From contig CAVUTN010000006.1 of the NCBI GenBank assembly GCA_963744515.1, forward strand, positions 12,280 to 76,279: 64,000 nucleotides of DNA. Direction: 5' to 3'. Below the pieces are notes generated by a model. That model saw nothing but the letters and a program-made list of their open reading frames with translations. It had not been told where the DNA came from and searched no databases. Positions 57,519 to 64,000 of the stretch are shown in pieces. The DNA is from an uncultured Actinomycetes bacterium. Lineage in GTDB: Bacteria > Actinomycetota > UBA4738 > HRBIN12. Numbering within the stretch: the stretch's first letter is position 1; each line of letters starts with the position of its first letter. The position numbers were made by a program, and so were the translations under genes.

Positions 57519-58285
57519 CCTGTCTCGAGGTGCGCGAGCTCTTGCCCGAACACGCGATCGGCGTCCTCGGCGAGCTCGAGCACGAACGCATCCAGCGTCA
57601 CCTGCAGACGTGCGCCGGGTGCCGCAAGGAGGCGGGGGACCTCGGGCAGGCGGCCTCGACGCTGGCGTTCGCGCTCGCGCCGGTCCCGGTGCCCGAGAGC
57701 TTGGGCGATCGGGTCGTGGCTCGGGTGCGACGCGCGGCCGGCGCGCCCGGCACCCGGCGCCGGGCCCGAACGGCGACGGTCGCCCTGGTCGCCGCCGCGC
57801 TCGTGTTCGCGAGCCTGGGCTGGGGCGCCGTGATGGCGGGCCGCGCCGAACGGTTCGCCGACCGGGCCGCGCAGGCCCAACGCGAGCAGGCGACCGCGAT
57901 CGAGCATTTCCAGCAGGTGCTCGGCAACGTGATCCCGGGGGGATCCCTGTCCGATAACGAGACGCACATCGGTCAGCTCGCCCCGGTCGCCGCGGGGTCG
58001 GGCGGAGGGTTCGCCCTGCAGCTCGTGTCGCCGCGGATCTTGGACTTCGTGATGGTGATCGTGAACGGGCTCGACGACCCGTCCGTGCTGCCGCTGCGGG
58101 TGGAGCTCGTGAACGACCGGGGCAGGGTCCTGCGCGCAGGGCGCATCCACACGCTCGACGCGAACGGCGGCGCCGAGGTCTACCACCAGTTCCGGACGCA
58201 GGGGCTCGGCGGCTTCACGACCGTCAACGTGGTAGACCCGGCCGGCCGGCTCGTCCTCACCGGCACGGTCGACCAGTCGAACTAG
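57515..58285 (+). CDS. Anti-sigma factor with an N-terminal zf-HC2 motif, one TM and an extracytoplasmic domain
   Basis: The GTG at 57515 overlaps the sigma stop (GTGA): VTCLEVRELLPEHAIGVLGELEHERIQRHLQTCAGCRKE (H-x3-C-x2-C), then TM TVALVAAALVFASLGWGAVMA. Confidence 0.85.
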   Translation: MTCLEVRELLPEHAIGVLGELEHERIQRHLQTCAGCRKEAGDLGQAASTLAFALAPVPVPESLGDRVVARVRRAAGAPGTRRRARTATVALVAAALVFASLGWGAVMAGRAERFADRAAQAQREQATAIEHFQQVLGNVIPGGSLSDNETHIGQLAPVAAGSGGGFALQLVSPRILDFVMVIVNGLDDPSVLPLRVELVNDRGRVLRAGRIHTLDANGGAEVYHQFRTQGLGGFTTVNVVDPAGRLVLTGTVDQSN

Positions 58286-58295
58286 CCGGTCGCGG

Positions 58296-59294
58296 TCAGC
58301 GGAGCTCGAGCTCCTGGCTGAACGAGCCCGCGAAGCTCATCTCCACCGGTGCGTCCGCCAGGCCCGGGATCCCCTCGAAGCGCATCGAGATGTCGAAGTC
58401 GCCGTCGCTCTGCGTCTTCAGCATCTCGGCGGCAGCGAGGTCGACGAAGCTGGTCTGCGTGAACGTGCCCTGCCCGACGTAGTCGATCGACCCTTCGCCC
58501 AGCGCGTCGAGCCCGGCCGCGCCCGTCGCGCCCGTGATCTCGGGGCCGAGCGCGTCGAGCAGCGTGGCCAGGTCGAGCGTCACGTCGATCGGGACGGTCA
58601 TCCGCGTCTGGATCACGGCCGCCTCGCGACCGTTCACGGTCTCGTTGCGGACGTACGTGCTCGTCGCCGAGAACTCGATCGTCCCGTCGCCGAACGGGAA
58701 GTCCTGCGAGAACTCCTTGTCCCACGTGTCACCCACCGAGACCGCGTCGCCGTCGTCCGGCAGGATCGGCGTGAGCTGTCCCATGCCCGGGAACCCGAAC
58801 CCCTGGGTCTGGGCCGCGCCGCCGAGCGACAGCCCTCCCGCGGAGAGCACGCGGCCGTCGGACGCGATCTGGATCTGGATCGGGGGTGCCGGCGTGGACG
58901 GCACCTCGCTCCCGTTCAGCGTCCCGCTCATGTCCGAGACCGTGACCTCGATCGTGGCCGTCCCGGCGTCGTCCACCGAAACCACCTTCCAGCCGACCAC
59001 CTGCGAGACGTCCATCGACAGGGGCTCCTCGCCGAACAGGGGTGAGGAGACCTTCGCGTCCATCGTCTGGTGGACGTCGTAGGTCCGCTCCTCGCCCTGG
59101 GTGAACGACAAGGCGAGCGGTTGCGCCTCCGCCGTGTCGCTGCGGGTGATCGCCAACGCCGCCAGGCCGGCAACGATGATCAGCACGACGGCGATCGCCG
59201 CGGCGATCACGCCTCGGCGGCGCTTGGGCGGCTCGGGTTCGGGATCGGTCGGCGGAGCGGGCATCGGGACCTGCGGGGGTGCGGCCTGGCTCAT
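58296..59294 (-). CDS. Hypothetical membrane-anchored extracytoplasmic protein (Pro-rich N-terminus, one TM)
   Basis: ORF 58296..59330(-) from ATG 59294: MSQAAPPQVPMPAPPTDPEPEPPKRRRGVIAAAIAVVLIIVAGLAALAI, then a ~280-aa beta-rich domain. I recognise no family. GC3 bias is good. Confidence 0.6.
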   Translation of the reverse strand: MSQAAPPQVPMPAPPTDPEPEPPKRRRGVIAAAIAVVLIIVAGLAALAITRSDTAEAQPLALSFTQGEERTYDVHQTMDAKVSSPLFGEEPLSMDVSQVVGWKVVSVDDAGTATIEVTVSDMSGTLNGSEVPSTPAPPIQIQIASDGRVLSAGGLSLGGAAQTQGFGFPGMGQLTPILPDDGDAVSVGDTWDKEFSQDFPFGDGTIEFSATSTYVRNETVNGREAAVIQTRMTVPIDVTLDLATLLDALGPEITGATGAAGLDALGEGSIDYVGQGTFTQTSFVDLAAAEMLKTQSDGDFDISMRFEGIPGLADAPVEMSFAGSFSQELELR

Positions 59295-59349
59295 CGAGGG
59301 TTCCTTCCTGCGCGGGAGATGGTCTCTCATCCTCCCACATGGGACCGGT

Positions 59350-60372
59350 TCACTCGGCGAGCGCCGTTGCGAGGAACGCGAGCGACCGCGGGTACCGGTA
59401 GCCGATCGACATGTGTCCGGCGGCGAACAGCTCGAGCGTGTGCTCCACGCCGATCGCCTCGAGCTCCTTCGATACCGCGACGGCTCCGTTGTCCAGGAAC
59501 CACTCGTCCTTGGTGCCGCCGTCCACCCAGATCGCGCGCATCGAGCGCAGCTCGTCGGCGTGCTTCGGGATCATCCTGACGGGGTCCTTGTCCAGCCATC
59601 GCTGCCACACGTCGTCGATCAGTCTGCCCGTGGTGACGTCGAAGGGCAGGTGGACGACCCCGTCCTCGTCGGCCGAGTAGCACGCGGCCATGCACCAGTC
59701 GTTGAGGAGCACGGCGTCGGAGTCCTTCGAGAAGGCCGGCCGCGAACGGAAGTCCTCCCAGAAGCGGTCGTACGAGCCCTCGTACTCGTCCCGCAGCGCC
59801 CGAACGCTCTTCGGGAACTCGGGGAGGTAGCAGGCCTCGAACAGGGCATCTCCCGCGTGCGACGCGAGCGCCGAGAAGACGTCGGGCCGCAGCATCGGGG
59901 TCACGAGCGCGCCGTAGCCGCCGCTCGACTTGCCCTGGATGCCGCGGTGGTCCCGGTCGGCGATCGTCCGGTACCCGGCGTCGACGAACGCGACGACCTC
60001 GTCGCACAGGAAGTCCTGGTAGCGACCGGTCCCCGGCGAGTTGAGGAACTGGCTGCCCCCGAGCGAGGTCCAGCAGTCGACGAACGCGACCAGCGTCGGC
60101 GGCGCCTCGCCCGACGCGAACAGCGCGTCGACGCTCTCCAGGTAGCTGGGGCGGAACGCCTCCCGGTTCCGCCACATGTCGAGCTGGCCGGTCAGTCCCT
60201 GGATCACGTACACGCAGGGGAACCGGCGATCGGGGTCGTCGTCGTACCCGGGCGGCACGTAGACCCAGAGCGGCCGGACGTTCGGGTCGCCCAGCGCGTT
60301 GTCCCGCAGGGCCTCGCTCTCGATCTGCAGCTCGTCGATCCTGCCGGTGAACTCGCGGCTCCACGGTTGCAC
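59350..60372 (-). CDS. Esterase-family alpha/beta hydrolase (esterase D / enterochelin-esterase-like)
   Basis: Intact 340-aa ORF: LWVYVPPGYDDDPDRRFPCVYVIQGLTG, nucleophile elbow GKSSGGYGAL, and a C-terminal His region (FAAGHM). Confidence 0.8.
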   Translation of the reverse strand: MQPWSREFTGRIDELQIESEALRDNALGDPNVRPLWVYVPPGYDDDPDRRFPCVYVIQGLTGQLDMWRNREAFRPSYLESVDALFASGEAPPTLVAFVDCWTSLGGSQFLNSPGTGRYQDFLCDEVVAFVDAGYRTIADRDHRGIQGKSSGGYGALVTPMLRPDVFSALASHAGDALFEACYLPEFPKSVRALRDEYEGSYDRFWEDFRSRPAFSKDSDAVLLNDWCMAACYSADEDGVVHLPFDVTTGRLIDDVWQRWLDKDPVRMIPKHADELRSMRAIWVDGGTKDEWFLDNGAVAVSKELEAIGVEHTLELFAAGHMSIGYRYPRSLAFLATALAE

Positions 60373-60429
60373 GTGTCGGCTCCTTCGGTCGGGTGTGCGG
60401 GCAACGGAACCCTCCTATCATGGCCGCAC

Positions 60430-61779
60430 ATGCCCGAGGTGTCCGACGTCGTCGGGATCGGCCTCGCGGGTGGGCAGGGGATGCGCGCCCGCCCGCTCAC
60501 GCTGAAGGCGCCCGGGTACCTGCGTTCGAAGGCGGCGATGTCGTTCCTCGGGCGCCGTCTGATCCGCTGGGTGATGACGATCCTGTCGAGCGAGGGCATC
60601 AAGGACTACTACGTCATCGCGCACGGGAAGGAGAACCGCTACCAGATCAAGGTGATGATCGGGTACGGGGAAGGGTTCGGCGTCGACGTCAAGTACTCGC
60701 CGGTCAAGTACGACGCGTTGTCCACCGGCAGCGCCGACTCGGCGCTGCGGCTGATGGAGTACTGGGACATCTCGCAACCCGCGCTCGTGTTCCCGACCGA
60801 CTCCGTGATCGACTTCGACCTCGCGCCGATGGTGGAGACGCACGTCGGGCGCGGCGCGGTGGCCACGATCGCCGCGATGATGCGGGAGCCGGACGAGGTG
60901 GCGGAGAAGTACGGCGTCATGCTCACCGACGGCGACGGTCGGGTCACCGAGTTCGTCGAGAAGCCGACGCTCGGCGAGCTGCGCGAGCACTTCCACGCGG
61001 AGACCGACGAGGACTTCCGGCAGCTGCCGCTGATGACCAACGCCGGGTTCTACCTGCTGGACACCGAGGTGATCCGGGGCCTGATCGGCAACGCGGAGAT
61101 CGAACGGCTCCGTCGGACGCGGCTGGATTTCGGCAAGGACCTGTTGCCCTGGCTCGTCGGCAACGGGTACCCGGTGTACGCGTTCCCGGTGCGCCGGATC
61201 GGCGATCTGGGGAACGTGCGGGACTTCCTCGAGACGATGATCGACGTGCTCCGGGGGGAGTTCAAGGCGGTCGACCGGCTCCTGGGGCCGCCGTTCGACG
61301 CCGAGCGCAACGTCTGGATCGCGCCGGAGTCGCTCGCGATGCGCGACTCGACCAGCGGCACGACGCTGGCCGAGAAGATCGCGAGCGGCGCCGTGCAGAT
61401 CGGTCCGGCGGTTCGGATCGGCAGGTTCTGCGAGATCCACCCCGGCGTCCGGATCCGCGAGTCGAACCTCGACGACGACATCGAGGTGCAGCGCGACGCG
61501 TCGATCGAGCGTTCGCAGATCCGCGACGGCGCGGTGATCGGGCCCTCCGCCCGCCTGTTCGAGGCGGTCGTCGGCTCGATGTCGGAGGTCCGGTCCGAGC
61601 CCTTCAACCCCACGTCGATCGAGCGCTTCGTGGCGCTCGGCGACGAGGTCATCGTCTACCCGGGGGTGCATCTGGCGGACGAGGTGGCCGTCTACCCGCG
61701 GCTGCGGCTCCCGTTCGGGATCAGCGTCCCCGCCGGCACCGAGCTCGCCGGGCCCGCGGACGTGCTCAACCACCTCTAG
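60430..61779 (+). CDS. Sugar-phosphate nucleotidyltransferase with a C-terminal left-handed beta-helix domain
   Basis: The real part of ORF 59101..61779, from ATG 60430: GIGLAGGQGMRARPLT (GxGxRxxPLT pyrophosphorylase signature), EKPT and NAGFYLL. Hexapeptide-like repeats follow (IGPAVRIGRFCEIHPGVRIRESNL..). Confidence 0.8.
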   Translation: MPEVSDVVGIGLAGGQGMRARPLTLKAPGYLRSKAAMSFLGRRLIRWVMTILSSEGIKDYYVIAHGKENRYQIKVMIGYGEGFGVDVKYSPVKYDALSTGSADSALRLMEYWDISQPALVFPTDSVIDFDLAPMVETHVGRGAVATIAAMMREPDEVAEKYGVMLTDGDGRVTEFVEKPTLGELREHFHAETDEDFRQLPLMTNAGFYLLDTEVIRGLIGNAEIERLRRTRLDFGKDLLPWLVGNGYPVYAFPVRRIGDLGNVRDFLETMIDVLRGEFKAVDRLLGPPFDAERNVWIAPESLAMRDSTSGTTLAEKIASGAVQIGPAVRIGRFCEIHPGVRIRESNLDDDIEVQRDASIERSQIRDGAVIGPSARLFEAVVGSMSEVRSEPFNPTSIERFVALGDEVIVYPGVHLADEVAVYPRLRLPFGISVPAGTELAGPADVLNHL

Positions 61780-61797
61780 CGGTGCGGGCCTGACCGG

Positions 61798-62805
61798 ATG
61801 CGGATCGGCCTGGCGCTCCCGCACTACGACTTCTCGATCCCCGGGGTGTCGCCGATCCGGTTCGAGGCGCTCGCCGAGGTGGCGGTGCGCGCCGAGCGGC
61901 TGGGGTTCGACAGCGTGTGGATGTCCGATCACCTGTTCGCGACGCTCGGCCGCTACGGCGGCGGCGACGAGCGCTACGGGTCGCTCGAACCGCTCTCGAC
62001 GCTCGCGGCGCTGGCGCCGCTGACGGAGCGGGTCCGGCTCGGGACGCTGGTGCTGTCGGCGGCGTTCCGCCATCCCGCGATCGTCGCGAAGACCGTCACG
62101 GCGATCGACCGTCTGTCGGCGGGCGCGTCGAGCTCGGGCTCGGCGCGGGTTGGTTCGCCGACGAGTTCGAGGGGTTCGGCTACGGGTTCGGGTCGGTCGG
62201 GGAGCGGTTCGCGCTGCTCGAGGAGACGATGGGGTACCTCGACGCGGTGTTCGGGGACGAGCCGGCGTCGTTCGGGGGGCCTCGGTTCGCGTTGCGCGAG
62301 GCCTACAACCGCCCGCGGCCGGTGCAGGAGCCGCGGCCGCCGCTGCTCGTGGGCGGCAAGGGCGGCCCGCGGCTGCTGCGGCTCGCGGCGCGGTTCGCCG
62401 ACGGCTGGAACACGGTCTGGCGGTGGACGCCCGAGGCCTACGCGGAGCGGGCGGCCGCCGCCCGCGAGGCCTGCGAGCGCGTCGGCCGCGACCCCGCGAC
62501 GCTCCGGCTCTCGTTGGGCCTGTTCACGGTGCTCGGCGAGGACGAGGCGGACCTGGTCGCGTCGCTACGAGCTGATGCGCGAACGGCTGCCGGCAGGTGT
62601 CGTCGACGCGGCGCCGCTCGAGGAGCTGCGCCGGGACGGTCTGGTCGGCACGCCCGACGACGTGCTCGAACGGCTCGAACGGTTCGCCGAGCTCGGCGTG
62701 AGCGAGCTCGTCGTGGGGCCCGCGCCGGTGTGGTTCGCGCTGCCCGACCCCTCGATGCTCGATCTGCTCGCCGAACGCGTCCTGCCGGCCGCGAAGGAAC
62801 TCTGA
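61798..62805 (+). CDS. LLM-class F420-dependent oxidoreductase, two compensating frameshifts
   Basis: MRIGLALPHYDFS...RAERLGFDSVWMSDHLF...RLGTLVLSAAFRHPAIVAKTVTAIDRLS (61798 frame). Then GRVELGLGAGWFADEFEGFGY...LLVGGKGGPRLLRLAARFADGWN (61917 frame), then back to the first frame for LVGTPDDVLERLERFAELGVSELVV. Shifts at ~62125 (-1) and ~62565 (+1). Confidence 0.85.
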   Translation: MRIGLALPHYDFSIPGVSPIRFEALAEVAVRAERLGFDSVWMSDHLFATLGRYGGGDERYGSLEPLSTLAALAPLTERVRLGTLVLSAAFRHPAIVAKTVTAIDRLSAGASSSGSARVGSPTSSRGSATGSGRSGSGSRCSRRRWGTSTRCSGTSRRRSGGLGSRCARPTTARGRCRSRGRRCSWAARAARGCCGSRRGSPTAGTRSGGGRPRPTRSGRPPPARPASASAATPRRSGSRWACSRCSARTRRTWSRRYELMRERLPAGVVDAAPLEELRRDGLVGTPDDVLERLERFAELGVSELVVGPAPVWFALPDPSMLDLLAERVLPAAKEL

Positions 62806-63026
62806 TGGAGCCGCTCGAGGCGGCGGTCGCGGTGCTCAGGGAAGAGGAGCAGCCCCTGCACTGGACGAAGATCCAGGACCTGGCGCTGCGCCGCGGCTAC
62901 CTCGACCCGTTCGAGATCGCCGACGTGCGCAAGGCGCTGCTCTCCGCGCTCGCCGACGGCGTACGATCGGGCGTGCTCGAGAAGCGGGGGACCGGCGTGT
63001 ACGCGGCGGTCTCGTCCGACCGATGA
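62805..63026 (+). CDS. Small winged-helix protein, HARE-HTH-like (73 aa)
   Basis: The ATG at 62805 overlaps the LLM stop (TGATG): MEPLEAAVAVLREEEQPLHWTKIQDLALRRGYLDP...VRKALLSALADGVRSGVLEKRGTGVYAAV. This matches the HARE-HTH pattern (a.vL...g.Pl....i...., ...F.r.grG.Y.l). Confidence 0.55.
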   Translation: MEPLEAAVAVLREEEQPLHWTKIQDLALRRGYLDPFEIADVRKALLSALADGVRSGVLEKRGTGVYAAVSSDR

Positions 63027-63630
63027 GCTCGACGACGCTCGCGCTCGTCGCGTCGCCCCCGGGCGTGCGGTCGCGGGTCGCGTGGCGGGTCCTGCTCGCG
63101 TTCGCGGGGAGCTGGCTGGTGGCCGCGCTCGCCCAGATCGAGATCCGTCTGCCCTTCACCCCCGTGCCGATCACCGGCCAGACGCTCGGCGTCCTGCTCG
63201 TCGGCGCGTCGCTCGGGGCCGGGTTGGGCGCCGTGTCGATGGCGCTGTACCTGCTGCAGGGTGCCGTCGGGTTGCCGTTCTTCTCCGGCGGCGGCTCGGG
63301 GACGGACTTCCTCACGTTGTACGTCGGTCACCGGCGGGTACCTGTGGGGGTTCGTGCTGTCGGCCGCGGTGGTCGGCGCGCTCGCCGGTCGGAAGTGGGA
63401 CCGGTCGGTCCGCAGCTCGATCGGCGAGATGTTCCTCGGCGAGGTGGTCCTGTACGCGGTCGCGATCCCGTGGCTGATGCAGGCGCTCGACGTCTCGCTG
63501 GCGCGGGCGCTCGAGGTCGGGCTGGCGCCGTTCGTGGTCGGCGACACGATCAAGCTGCTCGCGGCGGCCGGCCTCCTGCCGCTCGCGTGGCGGACCCTGC
63601 GCCGGAAGACGTCGATCCTACCGGCGGTAG
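63023..63630 (+). CDS. bioY: Biotin transporter BioY (ECF S-component), at least one frameshift; 3' end uncertain
   Basis: ORF 63023.. gives [52 protein letters not shown]. After a +1 shift near 63325 it continues [20 protein letters not shown]...[17 protein letters not shown]. That frame has no stop inside the window, so ending at TAG 63628..63630 requires one more indel near 63615. Confidence 0.75.
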
Positions 63631-64000
63631 GCGATCCGCGAGAACCGTTCGAGCTTCTCGAACCGGTGCTCGGCCTCGATCAACCGGACCGTGCCCGAGC
63701 GGTTGCGCATCACCATCGAGAACGTCGTCGCGCCGTCGGGCCAGTACTTCACGCCGCGCAGCAGCGAGCCGTCGGTGATCCCGGTGGCCGCGAAGAACAC
63801 GTCCTGCCCGGCGACGAGGTCGTCGGTGGTCAGGACGCGTTCGATGTCGTAGCCCGCGTCGAGCAGCTGCTGTCGTTCGCCGTCGTCGCGCGGGAACAGG
63901 CGGCCCTGCATCGCGCCGCCGAGGCACTTCAGCGCGGCGGCGGCGACGACACCCTCGGGCGTCCCGCCGATCCCCAGCAGGAGGTCGAGCCCCGAGGTGC
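63618..64000 (-). CDS. glpX: Class II fructose-1,6-bisphosphatase, C-terminal part (5' end outside the window)
   Basis: ORF 63618..63911(-), extended by hand to the window edge: ..[65 protein letters not shown]...[19 protein letters not shown]. These are conserved GlpX C-terminal motifs. Confidence 0.88.
   Translation of the reverse strand, partial: TSGLDLLLGIGGTPEGVVAAAALKCLGGAMQGRLFPRDDGERQQLLDAGYDIERVLTTDDLVAGQDVFFAATGITDGSLLRGVKYWPDGATTFSMVMRNRSGTVRLIEAEHRFEKLERFSRIAYRR

Noticed and set aside
59101-60429. The first 1.3 kb of the 892-aa ORF 59101..61779.
   Set aside because: It is antisense to the intact esterase gene (59350..60372). The real nucleotidyltransferase begins at ATG 60430.
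1-64000. Genuine large-scale pseudogenisation (reductive evolution) as the explanation for the broken genes.
   Set aside because: All lesions I could resolve are 1-nt indels, often in homopolymers. I saw no nonsense substitutions, no deletions of more than 1 nt and no loss of residue conservation downstream. Essential-type genes (apbC, the CGL, lgt neighbours) are affected alike. Assembly error is the simpler explanation, but only read data can settle it.
1-64000. A search for CRISPR arrays, IS elements, integrases, phage genes, toxin-antitoxin pairs and tandem repeats.
   Set aside because: I found no spaced direct repeats, no transposase, recombinase or phage-like translations in any frame, and no tRNA that could serve as an integration site. 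Apart from short spacers, GC content and codon bias look uniform, so there is no evidence of a mobile or defence island.

Overview
This is a densely packed, high-GC (about 70% by eye) chromosomal segment that looks actinobacterial. The supporting signs are F420-type LLM oxidoreductases, an FrhB-like protein, ECF sigma/anti-sigma pairs, short or leaderless 5' regions, and frequent GTGA/ATGA start-stop overlaps. I can support about 70 protein genes. I found no rRNA, tRNA, CRISPR array, transposase, integrase or phage genes.

Gene content from left to right:
- A cyanophycin-synthetase-like Mur ligase that lacks an ATP-grasp domain, next to an EntS-like MFS exporter.
- An amine-catabolism cluster: gabT, two aldehyde dehydrogenases and a saccharopine-dehydrogenase-like gene.
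- fdxA, then an FrhB-like F420 enzyme sitting directly upstream of a GAF/PAS histidine kinase.
- Fe-S and thiol housekeeping genes: a HesB/ErpA-like protein, a flavoprotein disulfide reductase and an M20 peptidase.
- A secreted vanadium-haloperoxidase/PAP2-like protein.
- A 5.5 kb signalling island with two kinases, four receiver-containing proteins and one class III cyclase output.
- A reverse-transsulfuration operon with a DUF429 gene wedged inside it.
- Scattered hut genes (hutU, hutH, hutI), interleaved with a DUF983 gene and an L,D-transpeptidase.
- pepA, then an overlapping four-gene operon of unknown function (membrane protein, CPBP protease, tandem PPOX, SRPBCC).
- PAP2 phosphatase and lgt.
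- mrp/apbC with a SufR-like regulator, followed by an orphan pilT.
- A minus-strand envelope block (NfeD, SPFH, ECF sigma, anti-sigma, cupredoxin) and a second ECF pair.
- A nucleotidyltransferase, an LLM oxidoreductase, bioY and the 3' part of glpX.

The dominant technical observation is that about 26 genes are interrupted by roughly 45-50 single-base indels. No nonsense substitutions accompany them, so I read them as consensus errors rather than pseudogenes. Gene coordinates are therefore given as full spans across the shifts.

I see no clear novel system such as a defence island. The candidates most worth follow-up are the DUF429 insertion in the CBS/CGL operon, the ATP-grasp-less CphA-like ligase, the FrhB/PAS-kinase/cupredoxin locus, the REC-REC-cyclase module, the four-gene CPBP/PPOX operon and the orphan pilT with its upstream GNRA hairpin.
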